Shown: positions 12,251 through 30,200 of the stretch, one piece after another
How positions within the stretch are numbered: the stretch's first letter is position 1
How the letters are laid out: every line of letters begins with the position of its first letter
Assembly: GCA_964016885.1 (NCBI GenBank)
Contig: OZ024742.1
Location: forward strand, 371,566,001 to 371,630,000
DNA from: Eledone cirrhosa
Taxonomy: Eukaryota
DNA: 64,000 nt
Direction: 5' to 3'
Program-made: the position numbers and the translations under genes
The notes under the pieces: generated by a model
Told to the model about the DNA's origin: nothing
Databases searched by the model: none
What the model saw: only the letters and a program-made list of their open reading frames with translations

Positions 12251-15200
12251 ATATAATTAACTATTGCTAGGAACATATATAATAAATACAATTAATTATT
12301 GCTAGAAACAAATAAACATATATAATAAATACAATTAATTATTGCTAGGAACATATAAACATATATAATAAATACAATTAATTATTGCTAGGAACATATA
12401 AACATATATAATAAATACAATTAACTATTGCTAGGAACATATAAACATATATAATAAATACAATTAATTATTGCTAGGAATAAATAAACATATATAATAA
12501 ATACAATTAATTGTTGCTAGGAACATATAAACATATAATAAATACAATTAATTATTGCTAGGAACATATAAACATATATAATAAATATAATTAATTATTG
12601 TTAGGAACATATAAACATATATAATAAATACAATTAATTATTGCTAGGAACATATAAAATATATATAATAAATACAATTAACTATTGCTAGGAACATATG
12701 AACATATATAATAAATATAATTAACTATTGCTAGGAACATATAAACATATATATAATATAAATACAATTAACTAATGCCAGGAACAAATAAACATATATA
12801 ATAAATACAATTAATTATTGTTAGGAACATATAAACATATATAATAAATACAATTAATTATTGCTAGGAATAAATAAACATATATAATAAATACAATTAA
12901 TTGTTGCTAGGAACATATAAACATATAATAAATACAATTACTTATTTCTAGGAACAAATAAACATATATAATAAATACAATTAACTATTGCTAGGAACAT
13001 ATAATAAATACTATTAATTATTGTTAGGAACATATAAACATATAATAAATACAATTAATTATTGCTAGGAACATATAAACATATATAATAAATACAATTA
13101 ATTATTGCTAGGAACATAGAAACATATATAATAAACACAACTAACTATTGCTTGGAACAAATAAACATATATAATAAATACAATTAATTTTTGCTAGGAA
13201 CATATAAACATATATAATAAATACAATTAATTATTGCTAGGAACATATAAACATATAATAAGTACAATTAATTATTGCTAGGAACATATAAACATATATA
13301 ATAAATACAATTAATTATTGCTAGGAACTTATAAACATATATAATAAATACAATTATTTATTGCTAGGCACATATAAACATATATAATAAATACAATTAA
13401 CTACTGCCAGGAACAAATAAACATATATAATAAATACAATTAATTATTGCTAGGAGCATATAAACATATATAATAAATACAATTAATTATTGCTAGAAAC
13501 AAATAAACATATATAATAAATACAATTAATTATTGCTAGGAACATATAAACATATATAATAAATATAATTAAATATTGTTAGGAACATATAAACATATAT
13601 AATAAATACAATTAATTATTGCTAGGAACATATAAACATATATAATAAATACAATTAATTATTGCTAGGAACATATAAACATATATAATAAATACAATTA
13701 ATTATTGCTAGGAACATATAAACATATAATAAATACAATTAATTATTGTTAGGAACATATAAACATATATAATAAATACAATTAATTATTGTTATGAACA
13801 TATAATAAATACAATTAATTATTGTTAGGAACATATAAACACATATAATAAATACAATTAATTATTGTTAGGAACATATAAACACATATAATAAATACAA
13901 TTAATTATTGTTAGGAACATATAAACATATATAATAAATACAATTAATTATTGTTAGGAACAAATAAACATATATAATAAATACAATTAATTATTGCTAG
14001 GAACATATATAATAAATACAATTAACTATTGCTACGAACATATACACATATATCATAAATACAATTAATTATTGCTAGGAAGATATAAACATATATAATA
14101 AATACAATTAACTATTGCTAGGAACATATAAACATATATAATAAACACAATTAACTATTGCTAGGAACAAATAAACATATATAATAAATACAATTAATTA
14201 TTGCTAGGAACATATAAACATATATAATAAATACAATTAACTACTGCTAGGAACATATAAACACATATAATAAACACAATTAACTATTGCTAGGAACAAA
14301 TAAACATATATAATAAATACAATTAATTATTGCTAGGAACATATAAACATATATAATAAATACAATTAATTATTGCTAGGAACATATAAACATATATAAT
14401 AAATACAATTAATTATTGCTAGGAACATATAAACATATATAATAAATACAATTAATTATTGCTAGGAACATATAAACATATATAATAAATACAATTAACT
14501 ATTGCTAGGAACATATAAACATATATAATAAATACAATTAATTATTGCTAGGAACCTATAAACATATATAATAAATACAATTAACTATTGCTAGGAACCT
14601 ATAAACATATATAATAAATACAATTAATTATTGCTAGGAACCTATAAACATATATAATAAATACAATTAATTATTGCTAGGAACATATAAACATATATAA
14701 TAAATACAATTAATTATTGTTAGGAACATATAAACACATATAATAAATACAATTAATTATTGCTAGGAACATATAAACATATATAATAAATACAATTAAT
14801 TATTGTTAGGAACATATAAACACATATAATAAATACAATTAATTATTGCTAGGAACATATAAACATATATAATAAATACAATTAATTATTGCTAGGAACA
14901 TATAAACATATACAATAAATACAATTAATTATTGCTAGGAACATATAAACATATATAATAAATACAATTAATTATTGCTAGGAACATATAAACATATATA
15001 ATAAATACAATTAATTATTGTTAGGAACATATAAACATATAATAAATACAATTAATTACTGCTAGGAACATATAAACATATATAATAAATATAATTAATT
15101 ATTGCTAGGAACATATAAACATACATAATAAATACAATTAACTATTGCTAGGAACATATAAACATATATAATAAATACAATTAACTACTGCTAGGAACAA

Positions 15201-18200
15201 ATAAACATATATAATAAATACAATTAATTATTGCTAGGAACATATAAACATATAATAAATACAGTTAATTATTGCTAGGAACATATAAACATATAATAAA
15301 TACAGTTAATTATTGCTAGGAACATATAAACATATATAATAAATACAATTAATTATTGTTAGGAACATATAATAAATACAATTAATTATTGTTATGAACA
15401 TATAAACATATATAATAAATACAATTAATTATTGCTAGGAACATATAAACATATATAATAAATACAATTAACTATTGCTAGGAACATATAATAAATACAA
15501 TTAACTACTGCCAGGAACAAATAAACTTATATAATAAATACAATTAATTATTGTTAGGAACATATAAACATATAATAAATACAATTAATTATTGCTTGGA
15601 AAATATAAACATATATAATAAATACAATTAATTATTGCTAGGAACATATAAATATATATAATAAATACAATTAACTATTGCTAGGAACAAATAAACATAT
15701 AGAATAAATACAATTAATAATTGTTAGGAACAAATAAACATATATAATAAATACAATTAATTATTGCTAGGAACATATAAACATATATAATAAACACAAT
15801 TAACTATTGCTAGGAACAAATAAACATATATAATAAATACAATTAATTATTGCTAGGAACATATAAACATATATAATAAATACAATTAACTATTGCTAGG
15901 AACATATAAACATATATAATAAATACAATTAATTATTGCTAGGAACCTATAAACATATATAATAAATACAATTAACTATTGCTAGGAACCTATAAACATA
16001 TATAATAAATACAATTCATTATTGCTAGGAACCTATAAACATATATAATAAATACAATTAATTATTGCTAGGAACATATAAACATATATAATAAATACAA
16101 TTAATTATTGTTAGGAACATATAAACACATATAATAAATACAATTAATTATTGCTAGGAACATATAAACATATATAATAAATACAATTAATTATTGTTAG
16201 GAACATATAAACATATAATAAATACAATTAATTACTGCTAGGAACATATAAACATATATAATAAATATAATTAATTATTGCTAGGAACATATAAACATAT
16301 ATAATAAATACAATTAACTATTGCTAGGAACATATAAACATATATAATAAATACAATTAACTACTGCTAGGAACAAATAAACATATATAATAAATACAAT
16401 TAATTATTGCTAGGAACATATAAACATATAATAAATACAGTTAATTATTGCTAGGAACATATAAACATATAATAAATACAGTTAATTATTGCTAGGAACA
16501 TATAAACATATATAATAAATACAATTAATTATTGTTAGGAACATATAATAAATACAATTAATTATTGTTATGAACATATAAACATATATAATAAATACAA
16601 TTAATTATTGCTAGGAACATATAAACATATATAATAAATACAATTAACTATTGCTAGGAACATATAATAAATACAATTAACTACTGCCAGGAACAAATAA
16701 ACTTATATAATAAATACAATTAATTATTGTTAGGAACATATAAACATATAATAAATACAATTAATTATTGCTTGGAACATATAAACATATATAATAAATA
16801 CAATTAATTATTGCTAGGAACATATAAATATATATAATAAATACAATTAACTATTGCTAGGTACAAATAAACATATAGAATAAATACAATTAATAATTGT
16901 TAGGAACAAATAAACATATATAATAAATACAATTAATTATTGCTAGGAACATATAAACATATATAATAAACACAATTAACTATTGCTAGGAACAAATAAA
17001 CATATATAATAAATACAATTAATTATTGCTAGGAACATATAAACATATATAATAAATACAATTAACTACTGCTAGGAACATATAAACACATATAATAAAC
17101 ACAATTAACTATTGCTAGGAACAAATAAACATATATAATAAATACAATTAATTATTGCTAGGAACATATAAACATATATAATAAATACAATTAATTATTG
17201 CTAGGAACATATAAACATATATAATAAATACAATTAATTATTGCTAGGAACATATAAAAATATAAAATAAATACAATTAATTATTGCTAGGAACATATAA
17301 ACATATATAATAAATACAATTAACTATTGCTAGGAACATATAAACATATATAATAAATACAATTAATTATTGCTAGGAACCTATAAACATATATAATAAA
17401 TACAATTAACTATTGCTAGGAACCTATAAACATATATAATAAATACAATTAATTATTGCTAGGAACCTATAAACATATATAATAAATACAATTAATTATT
17501 GCTAGGAACATATAAACATATATAATAAATACAATTAATTATTGTTAGGAACATATAAACACATATAATAAATACAATTAATTATTGCTAGGAACATATA
17601 AACATATATAATAAATACAATTAATTATTGTTAGGAACATATAAACACATATAATAAATACAATTAATTATTGCTAGGAACATATAAACATATATAATAA
17701 ATACAATTAATTATTGCTAGGAACATATAAACATATATAATAAATACAATTAATTATTGCTAGGAACAAATAAACATATATAATGAATACAATTAATTAT
17801 TGCTAGGAACATATAAACATATATAATAAATACAATTAATTATTGTGAGGAACATATAAACATATATAATAAATACAATTAATTATTGTTAGGAACATAT
17901 AAACATATATAATAAATACAATTAATTATTGCTAGGAACAAATAAACATATATAATAAATACAATTAATTATCGCTAGGAACATATAAACATATATAATA
18001 AATACAATTAATTATTGCTAGGAACATATAAACATGTATAATAAATACAATTAATTATTGCTAGGAACAAATAAACATATATAATGAATACAATTAACTA
18101 TTGCTAGGAACATATAAACATATAATAAATACAATTAATTATTGCTAGGAACATATAAACATATACAATAAATACAATTAATTATTGCTAGGAACATATA

Positions 18201-21200
18201 AACATATATAATAAATACAATTAATTATTGCTAGGAACATATAAACATATATAATAAATACAATTAATTATTGTTAGGAACATATAAACATATAATAAAT
18301 ACAATTAATTACTGCTAGGAACATATAAACATATATAATAAATATAATTAATTATTGCTAGGAACATATAAACATATATAATAAATACAATTAACTATTG
18401 CTAGGAACATATAAACATATATAATAAATACAATTAACTACTGCTAGGAACAAATAAACATATATAATAAATACAATTAATTATTGCTAGGAACATATAA
18501 ACATATAATAAATACAGTTAATTATTGCTAGGAACATATAAACATATAATAAATACAGTTAATTATTGCTAGGAACATATAAACATATATAATAAATACA
18601 ATTAATTATTGTTAGGAACATATAATAAATACAATTAATTATTGTTATGAACATATAAACATATATAATAAATACAATTAATTATTGCTAGGAACATATA
18701 AACATATATAATAAATACAATTAACTATTGCTAGGAACATATAATAAATACAATTAACTACTGCCAGGAACAAATAAACTTATATAATAAATACAATTAA
18801 TTATTGTTAGGAACATATAAACATATAATAAATACAATTAATTATTGCTTGGAACATATAAACATATATAATAAATACAATTAATTATTGCTAGGAACAT
18901 ATAAATATATATAATAAATACAATTAACTATTGCTAGGAACAAATAAACATATAGAATAAATACAATTAATAATTGTTAGGAACAAATAAACATATATAA
19001 TAAATACAATTAATTATTGCTAGGAACATATAAACATATATAATAAACACAATTAACTATTGCTAGGAACAAATAAACATATATAATAAATACAATTAAT
19101 TATTGCTAGGAACATATAAACATATATAATAAATACAATTAACTACTGTTAGGAACATATAAACACATATAATAAACACAATTAACTATTGCTAGGAACA
19201 AATAAACATATATAATAAATACAATTAATTATTGCTAGGAACATATAAACATATATAATAAATACAATTAATTATTGCTAGGAACATATAAACATATATA
19301 ATAAATACAATTAATTATTGCTAGGAACATATAAAAATATAAAATAAATACAATTAATTATTGCTAGGAACATATAAACATATATAATAAATACAATTAA
19401 CTATTGCTAGGAACATATAAACATATATAATAAATACAATTAATTATTGCTAGGAACCTATAAACATATATAATAAATACAATTAACTATTGCTAGGAAC
19501 CTATAAACATATATAATAAATACAATTAATTATTGCTAGGAACCTATAAACATATATAATAAATACAATTAATTATTGCTAGGAACATATAAACATATAT
19601 AATAAATACAATTAATTATTGTTAGGAACATATAAACACATATAATAAATACAATTAATTATTGCTAGGAACATATAAACATATATAATAAATACAATTA
19701 ATTATTGTTAGGAACATATAAACATATAATAAATACAATTAATTACTGCTAGGAACATATAAACATATATAATAAATATAATTAATTATTGCTAGGAACA
19801 TATAAACATATATAATAAATACAATTAACTATTGCTAGGAACATATAAACATATATAATAAATACAATTAACTACTGCTAGGAACAAATAAACATATATA
19901 ATAAATACAATTAATTATTGCTAGGAACATATAAACATATAATAAATACAGTTAATTATTGCTAGGAACATATAAACATATAATAAATACAGTTAATTAT
20001 TGCTAGGAACATATAAACATATATAATAAATACAATTAATTATTGTTAGGAACATATAATAAATACAATTAATTATTGTTATGAACATATAAACATATAT
20101 AATAAATACAATTAATTATTGCTAGGAACATATAAACATATATAATAAATACAATTAACTATTGCTAGGAACATATAATAAATACAATTAATTATTGTTA
20201 GGAACATATAAACATATATAGTAAATACAATTAATTATTGCTCGGAACATATAAACATATATAATAAATACAATTAATTATTGTTAGGAACATATAAACA
20301 TATATAATAAATACAATTAATTATTGCTAGGAACATATAAACATATAATAAATACAATTAATTATTGCTAGGAACATATATACATATATAATAAATACAA
20401 TTAATTATTGCTAGGAACATATAAACATATATAATAAATACAATTAATTATTGCTAGGAACATATAAACATATATAATAAATACAATTAATTATTGCTAG
20501 GAACATATAAACATATATAATAAATACAATTAACTATTGCTAGGAACATATAAACATATATAATAAATATAATTAATTATTGCTAGGAACCTATAAACAT
20601 ATATAATAAATACAATTAATTATTGCTAGGAACATATATAATAAATACAATTAACTATTGCTACGAACATATACACATATATCATAAATACAATTAATTA
20701 TTGCTAGGAACATATAAACATATATAATAAATACAATTAATTATTGCTAGGAACATATAAACATATATAATAAATACAATTAACTATTGCTAGGAACATA
20801 TAAACATATATAATAAATACAATTAATTATTGCTAGGAACCTATAAACATATATAATAAATACAATTAACTATTGCTAGGAACCTATAAACATATATAAT
20901 AAATACAATTAATTATTGCTAGGAACCTATGAACATATATAATAAATACAATTAATTATTGCTAGGAACATATAAACATATATAATAAATACAATTAATT
21001 ATTGTTAGGAACATATAAACACATATAATAAATACAATTAATTATTGCTAGGAACATATAAACATATATAATAAATACGATTAATTATTGTTAGGAACAT
21101 ATAAACACATATAATAAATACAATTAATTATTGCTAGGAACATATAAACATATATAATAAATACAATTAATTATTGTTAGGAACATATAAACATATATAA

Positions 21201-23716
21201 TAAATACAATTAATTATTGCTAGGAACATATAAACATATATAATAAATACAATTAATTATTGCTAGGAACAAATAAGCATACATAATGAATACAATTAAT
21301 TATTGCTAGGAACATATAAACATATATAATAAATACAATTAATTATTGTTAGGAACATATAAACATATATAATAAATACAATTAATTATTGTTAGGAACA
21401 TATAAACATATATAATAAATACAATTAATTATTGCTAGGAACAAATAAACATATATAATAAATACAATTAATTATTGCTAGGAACATATAAACATATATA
21501 ATAAATACAATTAATTATTGCTAGGAACATATAAACACATATAATAAATACAATTAATTATTGCTAGGAACATATAAACATATATAATAAATACAATTAA
21601 TTATTGCTAGGAACAAATAAACATATATAATGAATACAATTAACTATTGCTAGGAACATATAAACATATAATAAATACAATTAATTATGGCTAGGAACAT
21701 ATAAACATATACGATAAATACGATTAATTATTGCTAGGAACATATAAACATATATATTAAATACAATTAATTATTGCTAGGAACATATAAACATATATAA
21801 TAAATACAATTAATTATTGTTAGGAACATATAAACATATAATAAATACAATTAATTACTGCTAGGAACATATAAACATATATAATAAATACAATTAATTA
21901 TTGCTAGGAACATATAAACATATATAATAAATACAATTAACTATTGCTAGGAACATATAAACATATATAATAAATACAATTAACTACTGCTAGGAACAAA
22001 TAAACATATATAATAAATACAATTAATTATTGCTAGGAACATATAAACATATAATAAATACAGTTAATTATTGCTAGGAACATATAAACATATAATAAAT
22101 ACAGTTAATTATTGCTAGGAACATATAAACATATATAATAAATACAATTAATTATTGTTAGAAACATATAATAAATACAATTAATTATTGTTATGAACAT
22201 ATAAACATATATAATAAATACAATTAATTATTGCTAGGAACAAATAAACATATATAATGAATACAATTAACTATTGCTAGGAACATATAAACATATAATA
22301 AATACAATTAATTATTGCTAGGAACATATAAACATATACAATAAATACAATTAATTATTGCTAGGAACATATAAACATATATAATAAATACAATAAATTA
22401 TTGCTAGGAACATATAAACATATATAATAAATACAATTAATTATTGTTAGGAACATATAAACATATAATAAATACAATTAATTACTGCTAGGAACATATA
22501 AACATATATAATAAATATAATTAATTATTGCTAGGAACATATAAACATATATAATAAATACAATTAACTATTGCTAGGAAAATATAAACATATATAATAA
22601 ATACAATTAACTACTGCTAGGAACAAATAAACATATATAATAAATACAATTAATTATTGCTAGGAACATATAAACATATAATAAATACAGTTAATTATTG
22701 CTAGGAACATATAAACATATAATAAATACAGTTAATTATTGCTAGGAACATATAAACATATATAATAAATACAATTAATTATTGTTAGGAACATCTAATA
22801 AATACAATTAATTATTGTTATGAACATATAAACATATATAATAAATACAATTAATTATTGCTAGGAACATATTAACATATATAATAAATACAATTAACTA
22901 TTGCTAGGAACATATAATAAATACAATTAACTACTGCCAGGAACAAATAAACTTATATAATAAATACAATTAATTATTGTTAGGAACATATAAACATATA
23001 ATAAATACAATTTATTATTGCTTGGAACATATAAACATATATAAAAAATACAATTAATTATTGCTAGGAACATATAAATATATATAATAAATACAATTAA
23101 CTATTGCTAGGAACAAATAAACATATAGAATAAATACAATTAATTATTGCTAGGAACATATAAATATATAAATATATAATAAATACAATTAATTATTGCT
23201 AGGAACATATAAACATATAATAAATACAATTAATAATTGTTAGGAACAAATAAACATATATAATAAATACAATTAATTATTGCTAGGAACATATAAACAT
23301 ATAATAAATACAATTAATTATTGTTAGGAACATATAAACATATATAATAAATACAATTAATTATTGCTAGGAACATATAAACATATAATAAATACAATTA
23401 ATTATTGTTAGGAACATGTAAACATATATAGTAAATACAATTAATTATTGCTCGGAACATATAAACATATATAATAAATACAATTAATTATTGTTAGGAA
23501 CATATAAACATATATAATAAATACAATTAATTATTGCTAGGAACATATAAACATATAATAAATACAATTAATTATTGCTAGGAACATATAAACATATATA
23601 ATAAATACAATTAATTATTGCTAGGAACATATAAACATATATAATAAATACAATTAATTATTGCTAGGAACATATAAACATATATAATAAATACAATTAT
23701 TTATTGCTAGGAACAT

Positions 23717-23778
23717 CATCATCATCATCATCATCATCAACGTTTAACGTCCGTGTTCCACGCTTGCATGGGTTTGGA
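23717..23778 (-). mobile_element. 62-bp RTE subfamily-B 3'-end stub, copy 1
   Basis: (CAT)7 plus CAACGTTTAACGTCCGTGTTCCACGCTTGCATGGGTTTGGA, 41/41 identical to 62132-62172. Replaces 15 bp of a monomer. Confidence 0.95.
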
Positions 23779-25123
23779 AAATACAATTAACTATTGCTAG
23801 GAACATATAAACATATATAATAAATATAATTAATTATTGCTAGGAACCTATAAACATATATAATAAATACAATTAATTATTGCTAGGAACCTATAAACAT
23901 ATATAATAAATACAATTAATTATTGCTAGGAACATATAAACATATATAATAAATACAATTAATTATTGTTAGGAACATATAAACACATATAATAAATACA
24001 ATTAATTATTGCTAGGAACATATAAACATATATAATAAATACAATTAATTATTGTTAGGAACATATAAACACATATAATAAATACAATTAATTATTGCTA
24101 GGAACATATAAACATATATAATAAATACAATTAATTATTGTTAGGAACATATAAACATATATAATAAATACAATTAATTATTGCTAGGAACATATAAACA
24201 TATAATAAATACAGTTAATTATTGCTAGGAACATATAAACATATAATAAATACAGTTAATTATTGCTAGGAACATATAAACATATATAATAAATACAATT
24301 AATTATTGTTAGGAACATGTAAACATATATAGTAAATACAATTAATTATTGCTCGGAACATATAAACATATATAATAAATACAATTAATTATTGTTAGGA
24401 ACATATAAACATATATAATAAATACAATTAATTATTGCTAGGAACATATAAACATATAATAAATACAATTAATTATTGCTAGGAACATATAAACATATAA
24501 TAAATACAATTTATTATTGCTTGGAACATATAAACATATATAAAAAATACAATTAATTATTGCTAGGAACATATAAATATATATAATAAATACAATTAAC
24601 TATTGCTAGGAACAAATAAACATATAATAAATACAATTAATAATTGTTAGGAACAAATAAACATATATAATAAATACAATTAATTATTGCTAGGAACATA
24701 TAAACATATAATAAATACAATTAATTATTGTTAGGAACATATAAACATATATAATAAATACAATTAATTATTGCTAGGAACATATAAACATATAATAAAA
24801 ACAATTAATTATTGTTAGGAACATGTAAACATATATAGTAAATACAATTAATTATTGCTCGGAACATATAAACATATATAATAAATACAATTAATTATTG
24901 TTAGGAACATATAAACATATATAATAAATACAATTAATTATTGCTAGGAACATATAAACATATAATAAATACAATTAATTATTGCTAGGAACATATAAAC
25001 ATATATAATAAATACAATTAATTATTGCTAGGAACATATAAACATATATAATAAATACAATTAATTATTGCTAGGAACATATAAACATATATAATAAATA
25101 CAATTAATTATTGCTAGGAACAT

Positions 25124-25185
25124 CATCATCATCATCATCATCATCAACGTTTAACGTCCGTGTTCCACGCTTGCATGGGTTTGGA
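25124..25185 (-). mobile_element. 62-bp RTE subfamily-B 3'-end stub, copy 2
   Basis: Same sequence and junctions as copy 1. Confidence 0.95.
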
Positions 25186-27269
25186 AAATACAATTAACTA
25201 TTGCTAGGAACATATAAACATATATAATAAATATAATTAATTATTGCTAGGAACCTATAAACATATATAATAAATACAATTAATTATTGCTAGGAACCTA
25301 TAAACATATATAATAAATACAATTAATTATTGCTAGGAACATATAAACATATATAATAAATACGATTAATTATTGTTAGGAACATATAAACACATATAAT
25401 AAATACAATTAATTATTGCTAGGAACATATAATAAATACAATTAACTACTGCCAGGAACAAATAAACTTATATAATAAATACAATTAATTATTGTTAGGA
25501 ACATATAAACATATAATAAATACAATTAATTATTGCTTGGAACATATAAACATATATAAAAAATACAATTAATTATTGATAGGAACATATAAATATATAT
25601 AATAAATACAATTAACTATTGCTAGGAACAAATAAACATATAGAATAAATACAATTAATTATTGCTAGGAACATATAAATATATAAATATATAATAAATA
25701 CAATTAATTATTGCTAGGAACATATAATAAATACAATTAATAATTGTCAGGAACAAATAAACATATATAATAAATACAATTAATTATTGCTAGGAACATA
25801 TAAACATAAATAATAAATACAATTAACTATTGCTAGGAACATATACACATATATAATAAATACAATTAATTATTGTTAGGAACATATAAACATATATAAT
25901 AAATACAATTAATTATTGCTAGGAACATATAAACATATATAATAAATACAATTAATTATTGCTAGGAACATATAAACATATAATAAATACAATTAATTAT
26001 TGTTAGGAACATATAAACATATATAATAAATACAATTAATTATTGCTAGGAACATATAAACATATAATAAATACAATTAATTATTGTTAGGAACATGTAA
26101 ACATATATAGTAAATACAATTAATTATTGCTCGGAACATATAAACATATATAATAAATACAATTAATTATTGTTAGGAACATATAAACATATATAATAAA
26201 TACAATTAATTATTGCTAGGAACATATAAACATATAATAAATACAATTAATTATTGCTAGGAACATATAAACATATATAATAAATACAATTAATTATTGC
26301 TAGGAACATATAAACATATATAATAAATACAATTAATTATTGCTAGGAACATATAAACATATATAATAAATACAATTAATTATTGCTAGGAACATATAAA
26401 CATATATAATAAATACAATTAACTATTGCTAGGAACATATAAACATATATAATAAATATAATTAATTATTGCTAGGAACCTATAAACATATATAATAAAT
26501 ACAATTAATTATTGCTAGGAACCTATAAACATATATAATAAATACAATTAATTATTGCTAGGAACATATAAACATATATAATAAATACAATTAATTATTG
26601 TTAGGAACATATAAACACATATAATAAATACAATTAATTATTGCTAGGAACATATAAACATATATAATAAATACAATTAATTATTGTTAGGAACATATAA
26701 ACACATATAATAAATACAATTAATTATTGCTAGGAACATATAAACATATATAATAAATACAATTAATTATTGTTAGGAACATATAAACACATATAATAAA
26801 TACAATTAATTATTGCTAGGAACATATAAACATATATAATAAATACAATTAATTATTGTTAGGAACATATAAACATATATAATAAATACAATTAATTATT
26901 GCTAGGAACATATAAACATATATAATAAATACAATTAATTATTGCTAGGAACAAATAAACATACATAATGAATACAATTAATTATTGCTAGGAACATATA
27001 AACATATATAATAAATACAATTAATTATTGTTAGGAACATATAAACATATATAATAAATACAATTAATTATTGCTAGGAACAAATAAACATATATAATAA
27101 ATACAATTAATTATTGCTAGGAACATATAAACATATATAATAAATACAATTAACTATTGCTAGGAACATATAAACATATATAATAAATACAATTAATTAT
27201 TGCTAGGAACCTATAAATATATATAATAAATACAATTAACTATTGCTAGGAACCTATAAACATATATAA

Positions 27270-30200
27270 TAAATATAATTAATTATTGCTAGGAACATAT
27301 AAACATATATAATAAATACAATTAACTATTGCTAGGAACATATAAACATATATAATAAATACAATTAACTACTGCTAGGAACAAATAAACATATATAATA
27401 AATACAATTAATTATTGCTAGGAACATATAAACATATAATAAATACAGTTAATTATTGCTAGGAACATATAAACATATAATAAATACAGTTAATTATTGC
27501 TAGGAACATATAAACATATATAATAAATACAATTAATTATTGTTAGGAACATATAATAAATACAATTAATTATTGTTATGAACATATAAACATATATAAT
27601 AAATACAATTAATTATTGCTAGGAACATATAAACATATATAATAAATACAATTAACTATTGCTAGGAACATATAATAAATACAATTAACTACTGCCAGGA
27701 ACAAATAAACTTATATAATAAATACAATTAATTATTGTTAGGAACATATAAACATATAATAAATACAATTAATTATTGCTTGGAACATATAAACATATAT
27801 AATAAATACAATTAATTATTGCTAGGAACATATAAATATATATAATAAATACAATTAACTATTGCTAGGTACAAATAAACATATAGAATAAATACAATTA
27901 ATAATTGTTAGGAACAAATAAACATATATAATAAATACAATTAATTATTGCTAGGAACATATAAACATATATAATAAACACAATTAACTATTGCTAGGAA
28001 CAAATAAACATATATAATAAATACAATTAATTATTGCTAGGAACATATAAACATATATAATAAATACAATTAACTACTGCTAGGAACATATAAACACATA
28101 TAATAAACACAATTAACTATTGCTAGGAACAAATAAACATATATAATAAATACAATTAATTATTGCTAGGAACATATAAACATATATAATAAATACAATT
28201 AATTATTGCTAGGAACATATAAACATATATAATAAATACAATTAATTATTGCTAGGAACATATAAAAATATAAAATAAATACAATTAATTATTGCTAGGA
28301 ACATATAAACATATATAATAAATACAATTAACTATTGCTAGGAACATATAAACATATATAATAAATACAATTAATTATTGCTAGGAACCTATAAACATAT
28401 ATAATAAATACAATTAACTATTGCTAGGAACCTATAAACATATATAATAAATACAATTAATTATTGCTAGGAACCTATAAACATATATAATAAATACAAT
28501 TAATTATTGCTAGGAACATATAAACATATATAATAAATACAATTAATTATTGTTAGGAACATATAAACACATATAATAAATACAATTAATTATTGCTAGG
28601 AACATATAAACATATATAATAAATACAATTAATTATTGTTAGGAACATATAAACACATATAATAAATACAATTAATTATTGCTAGGAACATATAAACATA
28701 TATAATAAATACAATTAATTATTGCTAGGAACATATAAACATATATAATAAATACAATTAATTATTGCTAGGAACAAATAAACATATATAATGAATACAA
28801 TTAATTATTGCTAGGAACATATAAACATATATAATAAATACAATTAATTATTGTGAGGAACATATAAACATATATAATAAATACAATTAATTATTGTTAG
28901 GAACATATAAACATATATAATAAATACAATTAATTATTGCTAGGAACAAATAAACATATATAATAAATACAATTAATTATCGCTAGGAACATATAAACAT
29001 ATATAATAAATACAATTAATTATTGCTAGGAACATATAAACATGTATAATAAATACAATTAATTATTGCTAGGAACAAATAAACATATATAATGAATACA
29101 ATTAACTATTGCTAGGAACATATAAACATATAATAAATACAATTAATTATTGCTAGGAACATATAAACATATACAATAAATACAATTAATTATTGCTAGG
29201 AACATATAAACATATATAATAAATACAATTAATTATTGCTAGGAACATATAAACATATATAATAAATACAATTAATTATTGTTAGGAACATATAAACATA
29301 TAATAAATACAATTAATTACTGCTAGGAACATATAAACATATATAATAAATATAATTAATTATTGCTAGGAACATATAAACATATATAATAAATACAATT
29401 AACTATTGCTAGGAACATATAAACATATATAATAAATACAATTAACTACTGCTAGGAACAAATAAACATATATAATAAATACAATTAATTATTGCTAGGA
29501 ACATATAAACATATAATAAATACAGTTAATTATTGCTAGGAACATATAAACATATAATAAATACAGTTAATTATTGCTAGGAACATATAAACATATATAA
29601 TAAATACAATTAATTATTGCTAGGAACATATAATAAATACAATTAACTACTGCCAGGAACAAATAAACTTATATAATAAATACAATTAATTATTGTTAGG
29701 AACATATAAACATATAATAAATACAATTAATTATTGCTTGGAACATATAAACATATATAATAAATACAATTAATTATTGCTAGGAACATATAAATATATA
29801 TAATAAATACAATTAACTATTGCTAGGAACAAATAAACATATAGAATAAATACAATTAATAATTGTTAGGAACAAATAAACATATATAATAAATACAATT
29901 AATTATTGCTAGGAACATATAAACATATATAATAAACACAATTAACTATTGCTAGGAACAAATAAACATATATAATAAATACAATTAATTATTGCTAGGA
30001 ACATATAAACATATATAATAAATACAATTAACTACTGCTAGGAACATATAAACACATATAATAAACACAATTAACTATTGCTAGGAACAAATAAACATAT
30101 ATAATAAATACAATTAATTATTGCTAGGAACATATAAACATATATAATAAATACAATTAATTATTGCTAGGAACATATAAACATATATAATAAATACAAT

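Noticed and set aside
23714-23737. Telomeric repeat addition or chromosome healing at (CAT)n
   Set aside because: The tracts are contiguous with the RTE 3' end and are its tail. No TTAGGG-type repeats are present, and the TTAGG in GTTAGG monomers is a single C>T variant.
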